Source of the DNA: Macrostomum lignano
Taxonomy: Eukaryota
Assembly: GCA_002269645.1 (NCBI GenBank)
Contig: NIVC01002283.1
Coordinates: 110,336 to 174,335, forward strand
Reading direction: 5' to 3'
Length of the DNA: 64,000 nucleotides
Position numbers and translations under genes: made by a program. The notes beneath the pieces were generated by a model. The model did no database searches. It was given only the letters and a program-made list of their open reading frames with translations, and was not told the origin of the DNA. Of this stretch, positions 35,528 through 49,700 are shown piece by piece (within the stretch, counting starts at the first letter, position 1; each line of letters opens with the position of its first letter).

Positions 35528-37279
35528 CAGGGGTGGATTTACGGGGGGCGGCTGCCCCCTTGTGGCTGGCGATGATGGCGCCCCTTTTTCAATTCTTTGG
35601 GCTAAAAAAAATACTCACCGCCCCCAGTTTGCTCAGTACGGCACCCGACTAGTAGTGTATATTATGTCGCCCCTCTCGTGTATATTATGTCGCCCCTCTC
35701 GTGTATATTGTGGCGCCCCTCTCGTGTATATTGTGGCGCCCCTCTCGTGTATATTGTGGCGCCCCTCTCGTGTATATTATGTCGCCCCTCTCGTGTATAT
35801 TGTGGCGCCCCTCTCGTGTATATTGTGGCGCCCCTCTCGTGTATATTATGTCGCCCCTCTCGTGTATATTGTGGCGCCCCTCTCGTGTATATTGTGGCGC
35901 CCCTCTCGTGTATATTGTGGCGCCCCACTCGTGTATATTGTGGCGCCCCTCTCGTGTATATTGTGGCGCCCCTCTCGTGTATATTGTGGCGCCCCTCTCG
36001 TGTATATTGTGGCGCCCCTCTCGTGTATATTGTGGCGCCCCTCTCGTGTATATTGTGGCGCCCCACTCGTGTATATTGTGGCGCCCCACTCGTGTATATT
36101 GTGGCGCCCCTCTCGTGTATAGTGTGGCGCCCCTCTCGTGTATATTGTGGCGCCCCTCTCGTGTATATTGTGGCGCCCCACTCGTGTATAGTGTGGCGCC
36201 CCACTCGTGTATAGTGTGGCGCCCCTCTCGTGTATATTGTGGCGCCCTTCTCGTGTATATTGTGGCGCCCCACTCGTGTATATTGTGGCGCCCCTCTCGT
36301 GTATATTGTGGTGCCCCTCTCGTGTATATTGTGGCGCCCCACTCGGGTATAGTGTGGCGCCCCTCTCGTGTATATTGTGGCGCCCCTCTCGTGTATATTG
36401 TGGCGCCCCTCTCGTGTATATTGTGGCGCCCCACTCGTGCTCAGTACGGCACCCGACTAGTAGTGTATATTATGTCGCCCCTCTCGTGTATATTGTGGCG
36501 CCCCACTCGTGTATAGTGTGGCGCCCCTCTCGTGTATATTGTGGCGCCCTTCTCGTGTATATTGTGGCGCCCCTCTCGTGTATATTGTGGCGCCCCTCTC
36601 GTGTATATTGTGGCGCTTCTATCTAGTGTATAATATGGCACCCTTTTAGTCTATATTGTGGCGCCCCTCTCGTGTACATTGTGGCACCTCTCTAGTGTAT
36701 ATTGTGGCGCCTCTCTAATGTATATTGTGGCGCTTCTATCTAGTGTATATTGTGGCGCCTCTCTAGTGTATATTTTGACGCCCCTCTCGTGTACATTGTG
36801 GCACCTCTCTAGTGTATATTGTGGCGCCTCTCTAATGTATATTGTGGCGCTTCTATCTAGTGTATATTGTGGCGCCTCTCTAGTGTATATTGTGGCGCTT
36901 CTATCTAGTGTAAAGTGTGGCGCCCCTCTAGTGTATATTTTGACGCCCCTCTCGTGTATATTGTGGTGCCCCTCTAGTGTATATTGTGGTGCTTCTCTAG
37001 TGTATATTGTGGCGCTTCTCTAGTGTATATTATGGCACCCTTTTAGTGTATATTGTGGCGCCTCTCTAGTGTATATTGTGGCGCCTCTCTAGTGTATATT
37101 GTGGCGCTTCAATCTAGTGTAAAGTGTGGCGCCCCTCTTGTGTATATTGTGGCGCCCCACTCGTGTATATTGTGGCGCTTCTATCTAGTGTATAGTGTGG
37201 CGCCCCTCTCGTGTATAGTGTGGCGCCCCACTCGTGTATAGTGTGGCGCCCCCATTCTAATGGTTGAAATCAGCCTCTG
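35528..37279. mobile_element. hAT-like MITE expanded by an internal 23-bp minisatellite (gtgtatattgtggcgcccctctc)
   Basis: Array at ~35640-37250 (certain). Imperfect TIR caggggtggattt / aaatcagcctctg (10/13). Flanks cttacaga / tttacaac form a degenerate 8-mer. Confidence 0.6.
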
Positions 37280-37599
37280 TTTACAACAGCATCACTGTAC
37301 GTTACAACAAAGAGCGTGATTTCTCTCAAAAAAGCTGATTTGCTGTTATAATATCACAACATCGCAACTTCAGTTGGCGTAGAGACCAATGACAATCATG
37401 CTGTGCTCGTGAAGTCGGTTAATAAAAAACAGTTGACCTTTTCTGGACAGGAGAGCTGAAGGGTTAATGAGATTGAAAAAAAAACAATTATCTGACAGAG
37501 AATGCAAAACCATTGCTGTGAATCATAACTTGTCATTCTGTGTGGCACTCAAATTAACTCATTATTCTTTCTCATAAAGAAAGAATAAAAGATAGTAAG

Positions 37600-38598
37600 C
37601 ATCCCCCAGAAAGCAAGCATCCCCCAGATAGCAAACATCCCCCGTAAAGCAAGCATCCCCTCAGATAGCAAGCATCCCCCAGATAGCAAGCATCCCCCAG
37701 ATAGCAAACATCCCCCGTAAAGCAAGCATCCCCTCAGATAGCAAGCATCCCCCAGAAAGCAAGCATCCCCCAGATAGCAAACATCCCCCGTAAAGCAAGC
37801 GTCCCCTCAGATAGCAAGCATCCCCCAGATAGCAAACATCCCCCGTAAAGCAAGCATCCCCTCAGATAGCAAGCATCCCCCAGATAGCAAGCATCCCCCA
37901 GATAGCAAACATCCCCTCAGATAGCAAGCATCCCCTCAGATAGCAAGCATCCCCCAGATAGCAAACATCCCCCGTAAAGCAAGCATCCCCTCAGATAGCA
38001 AGCATCCCCCAGATAGCAAGCATCCCCCAGATAGCAAACATCCCCTCAGATAGCAAGCATCCCCTCAGATAGCAAGCATCCCCTCAGATAGCAAGCATCC
38101 CTCAGATAGCAAGCATCCCCCAGATAGCAAGCATCCCCCAGATAGCAAGCATCCCCCAGATAGCAAGCATCCCCCAGATAGCAAGCATCCCCCAGATAGC
38201 AAGCATCCCCCAGATAGCAAGCATCCCCAGATAGCTAGCATCCCCCAGATAGCAAGCATCCCCCAGATAGCAAGCATCCCCCAGATAGCTAGCATCCCCC
38301 AGATAGCAAGCATCCCCCAGATAGCAAGCATCCCCCAGATAGCAAGCATCCCCCAGATAGCAAGCATCCCCCAGATAGAAAGCATCCCCCAGATAGCAAG
38401 CATCCCCCAGATAGCAAGCATCCCCCAGATAGCAAGCATCCCCCAGATAGCAAGCATTCCCAGATAGCAAGCATCTCCAGATAGCAAGCATCCCCCAGAT
38501 AGCAAGCATCCCCCAGATAGCAAGCATCCCCAGATAGCAAGCATCCCCCAGATAGCAAGCATCCCCCAGATAGCAAGCATCCCCCAGATAGCAAGCAT
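37600..38598. repeat. 18-bp minisatellite (cagatagcaagcatcccc)
   Basis: Period 18 measured at 38103, 38121 and 38139; a more variable block occupies 37600-38100. Confidence 0.96.
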
Positions 38599-39499
38599 TT
38601 AGCCGTTGAGGTTTGCCCACAGTCAAGGCTTGATGAGCGAAACTGGAGAAATTTGCCATACGCTCGTAGGGAGTTCGTAATGAGCTGGTACCACCTGTTG
38701 AATGTGCGTCTGGGTGAAGGCCAGTGACCAACGAAGTCTGAGCTAATATAGACTCGTGTGGTCGACGCGCTGATGAAATTTAGAGGCTTGGCAAGGCTCC
38801 GCAAGGCCCTGAGGCACTTGAGTTGATCCTTGTTAATCCTTGGTCTTCGTCGGTATTGATAAAAGTGTTCGACTGTCTGGGTTCAATTTTAACAGGTTGA
38901 AATTCCTTCAGGTGAAACAATTCACTCCACTTTGCAGTGACAATAGCACTGCTGCTGCCAGTGTAGAAAAGTGAGGATTTATTTTGCGTGGGAAAACAAT
39001 GAGACCAACCTGTCAAGCGCTGCATCCTCTTACCGTTCTGCATTTCAGCTCAGCTCCACCGTCGCTAGGGCACTTCACGATTCTCTCTCCTCTCTGCGAC
39101 AGGTGAAATGCATATTACAAGTGAAAAGCTTCATTTTTAATCTGTTTAAAACACGAGAGAAAAACTCAAATTTTACATTTTTTCTATCGCTATTTGTCGA
39201 TGGTGCCGCTATGATGACTATTACTAATGAGAAAGGGCGCCTGTAGCATAGCTCACCTGCGAGATTGAGATTAAGAGAACTGACACATTGATTTCTAAAT
39301 TGTTTGTCCAAAACTTGATATTGGAGTGTAAAGCAAGGCAAAAAAATATCGCGACTTTATAATCGTTGTAGAAATGTCCGTCGCCGCTACTGAAAGTAGG
39401 ATATGCTAAAAAGCTCTCAGGGGTTTCTTCGAAAGCAACTTTTATGCGCTGGCCATAGACGAGAGTTGGGCCTGCATTTTTTTACCATGAAGCATGATG

Positions 39500-39785
39500 G
39501 TAATAATAATTGATTGCACCTGCCCAAGCCAAGGCTAGATGTGCAACCGACAGCTCAGCTGCAGCTACCTTACCTTCAGACGCACCTGAAGGCTGCGTAC
39601 GGCTGTTCAGTCAAGGACTGGGGGGATCGCCACACACCCCCAATTACCCCAGCTAATGCTGGCACTCATTTTACAGCTGGGTGAACTGAAGCAATGCAGA
39701 GTTAAGTGTCTTGCTCAAGGACACAGATCGCTTACGGACACCTTTTAGTCGTGAGTCCGACGCTCCAACCACTAGGGCTGCTACA
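39500..39785 (-). mobile_element. CORE-SINE (MIR-superfamily core with tRNA-like head)
   Basis: cattttacagctgggtgaactgaagcaatgcagagttaagtgtcttgctcaaggacac (39667-39724) matches the reverse-complement CORE consensus. The adjacent minus-strand tagtggttggagcgtcggactc is tRNA-like. Confidence 0.75.
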
Positions 39786-39892
39786 ACCCCATTCAAAGGT
39801 ACATGATGCATTTAAACAATTGCAGAGGTTAAACTCTCAGAATCTTTTTCCATTGGTTTAAAAAGACCATTAGAATTTGGTACAAAATTACA

Positions 39893-40010
39893 ACGCTAGA
39901 ACCTCCTGCACCTGCAGTGGACAGTACAACTCGGCGCGGATGATGTAGCCTGCCAGCTGGAGTCGCCGACGGCGCAACAGGTCGTTCTGACGGAGGCCGC
40001 AGATCTATGT
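39893..40010 (-). mobile_element. Second, short RTE fragment related to the 33.2 kb element
   Basis: The minus strand reads LLRRRRLQLAGYIIRAELYCPLQVQEVL, against LLSQRLAGHVIRAEAYCPEPLQDVL in the 33.2 kb copy. Confidence 0.7.
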
Positions 40011-40429
40011 GGACCTCGAGGAGTTCCCCTCAGTTGCGAATCGAGGATTTATCATTTCTCCTAGGGGGGGGGGGGGTCAGCCGACCCCCTTGACACCATA
40101 ATAATAATATCATTATGTAATCATTATGTAATCCAGCATCATGTGTATAAAGTAAATAGCTACCGTTTGCTTTACAAAAATACTGTCACTAACCGGAAAA
40201 ATCTCTTCGATGGTTGATACTATACTCAGCAACAGTCAAAAGTTCCACCCTGCAAGCGATATGAACATTTTTCTCACTTATTGCGACAACTTCTCACTCA
40301 CAATTCAACCCTCAAGTTACGCAACTAAGCCGCCGCGAGGAAGGGAAAGTGGATTGAATCAATAATAAACGTCAGTTGCACAAAATCATAGCAAATATAT
40401 TTTATGCAATATGCAGCTAGAATCGCGAT

Positions 40430-40745
40430 AACCCGTGTGGGGGATCCCCTCGCACGCAGAAGTGCGGCGACTCTGCGGGGCATCCCCGGGATGAGGCGGC
40501 GTAAAAATTCCTGGGGAAGCTGTTGCCAAACGTTTTCAATGGCATGACGCAGCTCCGCAACATTCTGTGGTGGATTCTCTTTTCGAATGCTGCGTTGTAG
40601 GAAGTCCCAGACATGCTCGATGGGATTCATGTCTGAGGACCGGGAAGCCCAGCGCAGAGTGCGCAGCTGTAGCTGTTCCTTCAGTTGACTGACGGCATCG
40701 GCTTGGTGTGGTGGCGCGTTGTCACCCTGGACAACCCCAAGTGGC
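40430..40745 (-). mobile_element. Tc1/mariner (DD34E) transposase C-terminal relic
   Basis: QGDNAPPH...WASRSSDMNPIEHVW...MPRRVAALLRARG corresponds to the Tc1 motif QDNAPxH...WPxxSPDLNPIE. The 5' part is missing. Confidence 0.85.
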
Positions 40746-41439
40746 AGGGGACTTTGAGTTGCATATCTACTCATACAGCACAGCCAGTGCACACAGCAAA
40801 CACCCAGAGGAAACACGCGTCTGTTTTGTCACATGGCTGCATATCCAGTGTCGGAACACATAGAAAAGAACACAAAAAGGAAGAGAGGAGAAAAAAAATC
40901 CAGCTGAATTAAAATACACTTTTCTTACTATGCTTCTCAAGTGTCTTTTCTTGCCTCTATCCATCAAAATTCTGCATAATTTACCCACCAGGGGACGCGG
41001 GTGCACCCCGTACACTGAGTGAGCTATTTTCAGCGTACCCAGTGCGTACAGCCATGCTATTGTACATTCGGATACAGAGAGAGAGAGGGGGGCAGAGAAG
41101 GAAGGCAGGAGGGAGAAGGGAGCAGCTGCGAGGGTGTGCTTTAGGCAAAGCAGCTGGAACCGCCACATCGTTGGAAGCGCGCAGTCAGCGTCCAGCGTTC
41201 AGATTGTGAATCTGACCTGGTGTGTGCACTTGGCAGTGACCGACTGCTGCGACGTAATTATTGAAAAATTTGGAATCACAAACACTTGAGTAGGATAAGT
41301 AAGTAAAATTGTTTGAAAATTCATACCGCTCAGTACATGGATAGTTGATATGCCTGTGCAGAATGCTCAAGATTCTTGCTCAATATCCGGCTATGTTTAA
41401 GTTTATTTTTTTGCTATGCCTCTAACACTCTGAGTCACT

Positions 41440-43000
41440 GTCACCCCCTGTCTCTCACTGTAGCACTCTCTGTCTGTACCACTGTCACCCCCTGTCTCTC
41501 ACTGTAGCACTCTCTGTCTGTACCACTGTCACCCTGTCTCTCACTGTAGCACTCTCTGTCTGTACCACTGTCACCCTGTCTCTCACTGTAGCACTCTCTG
41601 TCTGTACCACTGTCACCCTGTCTCTCACTGTAGCACTCTCTGTCTGTACCACTGTCACCCTGTCTCTCTCACTGTAGCACTCTCTGTCTGTACCACTGTC
41701 ACCCCTGTCTCTCACTGTAGCACTCTCTGTCTGTACCACTGTCACCCCTGTCTCTCACTGTAGCACTCTCTGTCTGTACCGCTGTCACCCCTGTCTCTCT
41801 CACTGTAGCACTCTCTGTCTGTACCGCTGTCACCCCCTGTCTCTCACTGTAGCACTCTCTGTCTGTACCACTGTCACCCCTGTCTCTCACTGTAGCACTC
41901 TCTGTCTGTACCACTGTCACCCCCTGTCTCTCACTGTAGCACTCTCTGTCTGTACCACTGTCACCCCTGTCTCTCACTGTAGCACTCTCTGTCTGTACCA
42001 CTGTCACCCCCTGTCTCTCACTGTAACACTCTCTGTCTGTACCACTGTCACCCCTGTCTCTCACTGTAGCACTCTCTGTCTGTACCACTGTCACCCCTGT
42101 CTCTCACTGTAGCACTCTCTGTCTGTACCACTGTCACCCCTGTCTCTCTCACTGTAGCACTCTCTGTCTGTACCACTGTCACCCCTGTCTCTCACTGTAG
42201 CACTCTCTGTCTGTACCACTGTCACCCCTGTCTCTCACTGTAGCACTCTCTGTCTGTACCGCTGTCACCCCTGTCTCTCTCACTGTAGCACTCTCTGTCT
42301 GTACCACTGTCACCCTGTCTCTCACTGTAGCACTCTCTGTCTGTACCACTGTCACCCCTGTCTCTCACTGTAGCACTCTCTGTCTGTACCACTGTCACCC
42401 CTGTCTCTCACTGTAGCACTCTCTGTCTGTACCTCTGTCACCCCCTGTCTCTCTCACTGTAGCACTCTCTGTCTGTACCAACCACTGTCACCCCTGTCTC
42501 TCACTGTAGCACTCTCTGTCTGTACCACTGTCACCTTCTGTCTCTCTCACTGTAGCACTCTTTGTCTGTACCGCTGTCACCCCTGTCTCTCACTGTAGCA
42601 CTCTCTGTCTGTACCACTGTAACCCCCTGTCTCTATCACTGCCCAACTCCCTGTCTCTTTCACTGTCACCCCTCTGTCTCTTTCACTGCCCAACTCCCTG
42701 TCTCTATCACTGTCACCCTCCCTGTCTCTTTCACTGTCACCCTCCCTGTCTCTATCACTGTCACCCTCCCTGTCTCTTTCACTGTCACCCTCCCTGTCTC
42801 TATCACTGTCACCCTCCCTGTCTCTTTCACTGTCACCCTCCCTGTCTCTTTCACTGTCACCCTCCCTGTCTCTCTCAATGTCACCCTCACTGTCTCTATC
42901 ACTGTCACCCTCCCTGTCTCCATCCGTTACTCTCTCTGTCACTTTAACTGCCACCCTCTGTGTCATTCTCACTGTCACCCTCTCTGTCTCCCTTTGTCGC
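41440..43000. repeat. Compound array: 42-45 bp unit (41440-42625) grading into a 24-bp unit (cactgtcaccctccctgtctcttt)
   Basis: Both units share cactgtcaccc...tgtctct. Confidence 0.95.
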
Positions 43001-43781
43001 CGTCTCTGTCTCCCTATCTCATCTACTTCCAAACCTCTCAGTGATCATCTATCTTTTTGCCTTTAATGACTTACGAGTACTTCAACTTAAACTTTGAAAC
43101 GTCCATAACACTGTTTGACTTTGCGTTCTGCACTTTGTAAACTGAACAAATGTCCAATGCTTGCTCGAATTTCTTATGCATACATCCTGCTTCTGACTTC
43201 TCTCCTGTCATTCCCTTCCAGTGCAAAACCAGTCTCCCTATTTCCCATCTTTTACCCTCTATCGATTTCCCTTCCCCAAAACCGGGATAGAAGGTGACAC
43301 CTCATTGGTGGCAAGCCTCTGGGATCCTGCCATTGCCAGACGTGAGAAGGGTGAGAAATTATCTGGGCCATCCATAAAAAGCAGCCTTTGCTCAAGCCAA
43401 ACTGAAAGCACAGCTCTCTTGTGCTTTCAGGGTAACATCTGGAAAAACTCTGGAAACTCCTATTCTACTGCTGTGCTTAAAAGTAAGTCGTCAGTCATTT
43501 TGGTAAGAACTTCCGAATGTTCCTATTTTCAACAGAAACAAGCTCTTGTATATCTTACGATGCATGTTGCTACACTGGCTGTGCGTTCTCTAAATAGTTT
43601 CTCAAATCGAATCGAATATGCTTTGTATGGACACTGTAGGCACTTTATACTTTCAAAGTGAAGTTAAATAAACACGCAGACAGAGATACACGACGTAGCT
43701 ACACTTTGTTCCAAAAGCAACCGATTCACTCACTCTTGAACTTATATTTGACGCGCAGACCTTTGCCAGACTCTCAAACTA

Positions 43782-46700
43782 ATGGAGCCTGCGACATCGA
43801 ATGCTTCAGCTGGGGAGAAGAGTCAACACGTGGCAGGTAAGAACCTTGTCTATGACGTAGGTATTGTCACTTTTTGTCAAAGGCGTCGTCACTACCTTGG
43901 AAAGCTTTTCTGTCAGGAACTGTATGGGCAAAGGTATTGTCACCCTTAGTTACTATCGCCTTTCAATGGCCAGTGGAATCGAACTTGTACCAAGTCATGA
44001 TTCGGTCATCACCACCTTGTCGAATTACCAAACTTCACAGTTTATAATTCTTTCATCATCGTCAGCAGTGGAGTAGGCCTCATCAAATTTCTATTTTTCC
44101 AGTATCGCTTCAGCAGGCGGACCAGACTGCCTCTTCATCGCTGGTGGCCGCAGAAGACTCCGAGAGCCGCATTCAGCAGCGACGTCAGCAGCGCAAACGT
44201 CGTCGAAATCGCGGCGCTTCCTCGAGTCACCGGCCGCTGCTCTCAAGCGGCGGCGACGCAGCTGGCGCAGTTTTTGAAGGCGGCCGCGACGAAGATCTGC
44301 TGAACGACTTTAATGAAAGCAGCAGCTCGGACAGCGACGTGGACACGGAGCGGAGTTTCCGAGTCATCCGGCCGGTGTACACTCAGCAGCAGTTCGACGA
44401 GAAGCACGGCGGTCGATTAGTCCGGAGACCACTGCTGGCCAGACTGCGGGACAGCGCCAAGAAGTTGGTGACGTGCGGCGCCGGCTCCGGCCGTAGCGAT
44501 GATGGAGATGGCGAAAGTGGCCACAATTGCAGCAGAGCAAAGGCGCAGCTTCTAGGCTTTCTGCCATTTATCGGCATTCTCAAGCGCTACAACATCCGGG
44601 ATTGGCTGCTGGCTGACTTCATCTCTGGTAAGATAAAGTTTGGATGAGCATTTTTCTGTTCGTCTGTACTTTAGATTTTGCGTTTTTTTGCGTCTGACAC
44701 AATTTGGCACCTATGACACCCAATTGTCTTAATGCGAAGCCTGATTGATAACCTCTGACACCCGATTGTCCTAATGCGAGGCCTGATTGATAACCTCTGA
44801 CACTCGATTGTCCTAATGCGGGGCCTTATTGATCACCTCTGACACCCGATTGTCCTAATGCGAGGCCTGATTGATCAACCTCTGATACCCAATTTAGCAC
44901 TGCTGCACTGTTGACACCCGGTTTTAACGCCCCAGATATTCATAATATCTTATGCCTAAAAAAATTTGTTGAAACAAAATACGAGTTACGCTTGTAAAAA
45001 GGGATTTAGTCAGGCATACAAACCTTGAAGCCTGATGCTCTTCGATCTCCAACCCGGTGTTCTCTGTTGTTTACCAAGAGACTATCTTCCCACCGAAAAA
45101 TCTTATAGGGGCTCAAAATTCGATTACCCGGTTAATTTTCTTCCCATCCTTGGCTCTAAAGTATACCATGTACTTCGTTCAGTCTAATCTGCCAAATCCA
45201 AACCGATCCAAGATCTATTTTTAGTGACACCTACTTAACCGCATCTGGCAAATGATAGATTTAATAATAAGATCTCGTATCGATTAGGAATTTCTTGACT
45301 CTCTCGTCGAACAATCTGAATTTGTCAGATCGAGAATGATTGATTTTGCCCGAGGGCCAGATGCGAATTCTCGGGACGTCGATGGGCCTTGGGATTTTTC
45401 TAGACGACTTTTTTACTGATTGATTTTCTGTTCTCGCAAAGAACACGCGCCGACCCGTCAGTTTCTGACAGCCGAGCTTCGACACGAAATGGGGTCGATT
45501 GGATTCGAAATTAAAAATCGTGCTGACCAAAACATTTTTTCGGATTTATTGGCAATCTTTTCTATCGGTTTCAATTAAAAAATGAATACTGATTCAATAG
45601 CTAAATTCCAAGCTCAAACTGCACACTGAGGTTCCGACAGACCGTAAGGCTTACTAAACGAAACAAGAGGTCCATTTGAGTCGTTACTGAGTCAAGTGCT
45701 TGGCATTTTCGCACCTGGTTAATTATAAAGATTGAAATTGTTTACAGACTCCTTTGAACAAGTTAAAAGGGATGAAAACTGCTAAGGGAATATTTTTGTC
45801 ATTATAAATATTTTGTTATAATCTTTAATTAATACCTCACTAAAATTTCCACACAGGCCTGACGGTCGGCATCATGCACATACCCCAGGGCATGGCCTAC
45901 GCTTTCCTAGCAGAGCTGCCACCCTACATCGGACTCTACACGTCGTTTTTTCCGCCGCTGATCTACTTCTTCTTCGGCACATCACGCCAGGTATCCATGG
46001 GCACGGTGGCCATCATCTCTCTGCTGGTTGGCGGTCTGGTTAGCAAGAATTTCCCAGCTACGCTCGGCTCAGCAGTTGGTAGCTTTGACAATGAGACAAC
46101 CACCGCCATAGCCAGTCAGCAGTTGACGCTTGAGTTGAATGGCAACGATAGCACGGTGGGGTCCGGCTCACCGTTCCAGTGGAGCTCCGACCCCGTCAGC
46201 AGGAATCGGGTTGCGCTGGCTTGCGTTACCTGCCTGTGCGTTGGCCTCATCCAGGTGATTATAAAATGTATGATGTTCAAGGTCTCTAAATGGTATTGAA
46301 GTTTCGTCTGGCTGCATCTGGCTGGCATGAGGCGTTGTCGACGCCTCATCTCGAAGCTAATTTTCCCCGCAGATATTGCGATTTGGTAAGAAGTAAAACC
46401 CTGTCGCTAAATAAGACACCGGTTGACTCGCAGACAGGGAGGAGTCAAGCAGTCATGCCCCTTCCACTAAGCCCTGAGCACAACACGCACACGAATAGAA
46501 TATGTACACTGCAGCCACGCATTCACACAGTGTGTACAGGGTGACTTTTTCGTCGTCAGCCATGTACACTCTGTCTGCCTTGGGGGTTAGCCCTCATACA
46601 CTTTAATCACACAACAAGCCCCTTATGAACCTCAAATTTTCGAACCTTTAGAGCCTCGGTTTGTTGCTAGTTTAATTTACTTGTAAATGCATAAAATGCC

Positions 46701-49700
46701 CGCATATTTTATTAATCATTTTCCCAGCTTGCGATGGGTGTCCTGCGGCTCGGATTTCTAACGCGCTACCTCAGCGACCCGCTGATCTCCGGCTTCACAA
46801 TGGGCGTCGCGATTCACGTGTTCTCCAGCCAGATCAAATACGTTCTTGGAATTAAAGTGCCCAGGCGAAACGGCGTGTTCAGCCTGCCTCTGGTGAGCTG
46901 GGATCTTTCTTGTCATCAATCAACTTAGTCCAATGCTCTCAAGCTGAAGCAGCAATCAGTTTCCTCTCCTGGGGACCAAAGTGCAGGCCAGCCAAGCAGA
47001 TGTGTTAATCAAACTTTCTCTCCCCATCTGGCTGCCCTTATCTGCCCGGAAAATCCCAGTTCCAACTCAGGGCGCCGTTTCGCATCCAGAGCGGCGCGAG
47101 TTATGAAGTTAATGGAAGTTCTCCATCATCGCATACCCGCCGGGATTGGAGTCTGGACAGAATTAGACCCGGATCTGAGAGGTTCGCCCCACCCAGTAAT
47201 GCATTGCCTGTCGTGCAATAGCAGCAGAAACCTAATAAGATTTTATTAAGATGATTACATACACCTGATGGTCTCGAGTAGTGCAACGGTGTTAATAACA
47301 GTGAATCAGTCGGACGTGTTCTCGAGTACTCTTCAATGCGATAACTTTCTTCCAAAAAATTGCAGCACTATTTTGATCTGCTGCGCAACATCACGGAGAC
47401 AAACTTCGTTACGGTGGGCATAGCAGTTGTCTCCATAGTGATCCTGTACGGCACCAAGGAGTTTGTGAATCCCAAGGTTAGGAAACGGATCAAAGCACCT
47501 CTACCAATCGAACTGCTCATTGTGAGTACCATTTTAAAAAAAATTATATCTACTCCATAACAATGTCAGTCAAGTGAGCCATTGTCATTCATATTTTTCA
47601 TTTTAGGTTAGCCTAGGCACCATACTTTCCTACTTCCTGGATTTAAAGAAAAATTACAATGTCCAGATTGTCGGCACAATACCCACTGGGTGAGTTTCAG
47701 GCCTTCCACGCGTCTTTTAGGGGAGTTCAATGAAGTCCTACCGCCTGGGCATGGATCGTAATTGATTTATTTGATATACTGTAGAACTACTGAATGAAGT
47801 CTGCTGTTACAGTACCCTACTGCTCCTTTTCCCTTCAGCGACTGCTGCCCCTCCCCTCAGATCCTTCAGCGACTGCTGCCCCTCCCCTCAGATCCTTCAG
47901 TGCCTGCTGCCCCTCCCCTCAGATCCTTCAGTGCCTGCTGCCCCTCCCCTCAGATCCTTCAGCGACTGCTGCCCCTCCCCTCAAATCCTTCAGTGGATGC
48001 TGCCCCTCCCCTCAGATCCTTCAGTGGCTGCTGCCCCTCCCCTCAGATCCTTCAGCGACTGCTGCCCCTCCCCTCAGATCCTTCAGTGCCTGCTGCCCCT
48101 CCCCTCAGATCCTTCAGCGACTGCTGCCCCTCCCCTCAGATCCTTCAGCGACTGCTGCCCCTCCCCTCAAATCCTTCAGTGGCTGCTGCCCCTCCCCTCA
48201 GATCCTTCAGTGGCTGCTGCCCCTCCCCTCAGATCCTTCAGTGGCTGCTGCCCCTCCCCTCAGATCCTTCAGTGGCTGCTGCCCCTCCCCTCAGATCCTT
48301 CAGTGGCTGCTGCCCCTCCCCTCAGATCCTTCAGTGGCTGCTGCCCCTCCCCTCAGATCCTTCAGTGGCTGCTGCCGCTCCCCTCAGATTTTCAGTGGCT
48401 GCTGTAATTTCACCAAGCATCTGTAATAAAGGCAATCACCTACTGTACCTCGCAGCCAGCATTTTCAACTATTCATATTAGTTCCTGCAATCATTTATTT
48501 AATTATGTGCCCCAAACAGAATTCCACCGCCAGAGCTGCCGGACTTCAGCATCCTTCGAGCCTCAATGGCCATTGAAATTGTCACCATCGCCATCATAGC
48601 CTTCTCAGTTTGCGTCTCGCTAGCTAAGATATTCGGCAAGAAGCACAATTATGAAGTTGCGCCAAGTCAGGTAAGACTAAATTTAATTTTAGTACTACGT
48701 GATAGTGATTTAGAAATCAGCCAGCAGAATACCAAGTTAAACCAAAACTTACTTGCATCGGAGTCTAAATTGACTTTCTAGTTGCACAAGTAAAAAGCAG
48801 TTTTCCTTCATTCAACAGGAGCTCATTGCCTACGGAATCTGCAACACGGTCGGCTCCTTCTTCCATTGCTGGCCAGCTGGCACCTCATTGTCGCGTTCGG
48901 CTGTTCAAGACAGCATGGGCGGCAAGACCCAGGTGGCGGCCCTGTTCTCGTCCACTCTGCTGCTTCTAGTGCTGCTGTTTATTGGGAAATATTTCGAATC
49001 GGTACCGAACTGTTGCCTTTCCGCCATCATCATTGTTGCGATCAAAGGGATGCTGGAACAGGCCAAGGAGGCGCCAGTACTCTGGCGCCTGTCACCCTAC
49101 GATTTCTGGACCTGGATTGTGGCCTGTCTGGGCGTCGTGTTCCTGGCAGTGGATTACGGCCTAATCCTCGGGCTGGCCTTCTCTGTCTGCAGCATCATTG
49201 TTAGAACTCAGTCGCCCACTTCTTCTATGCTGGGTCACATACCGGACACGGATCTGTACAAGAACGTCCTAGCATACGATGACGTGAGCAAAGGGTCTTT
49301 GGGTTGGCCTGCTGAGATAATAGCTGGAGTGAAGATTAGGCTTCCGTTTTTAAGCGTTGTTTTCGTTTCTGGTTTAGTCAATGATGTGACTCACAGATAA
49401 GACCTATGCACAGTTTGTGTGAAGCCGTGAGCCGTGTGAAGTTTTTAACGCTGAAATTTTGGTTCATTTGTGGACGTCTGCGTTCCAGAGAGTCGATCAG
49501 ATAGTCTAAGTTCTAGTCATCAACTTTTCTGATATTCTGCTCATTCCTGATGACGGACAGTATCTGGCATTTAGATTGTTGAATAGAGTTAACAGTAAGC
49601 TATAAAAAGTTAGGGTCGAAGTCATACGGATGAGGTGTTAGGTAATATTGAGGGAATTTGGGGTTGTTTAGCTACAGTTTTTTGCTGCATTTCTATTTCA

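Noticed and set aside
35562-38804. Multiple 100-270 aa repetitive ORFs
   Set aside because: Products of the 23-bp and 18-bp arrays.
38600-39050. Possible retroelement remnant (ELFHLKEFQPVKIEP on the minus strand)
   Set aside because: Only a faint resemblance to the Gypsy pre-RT region, with no diagnostic motif.
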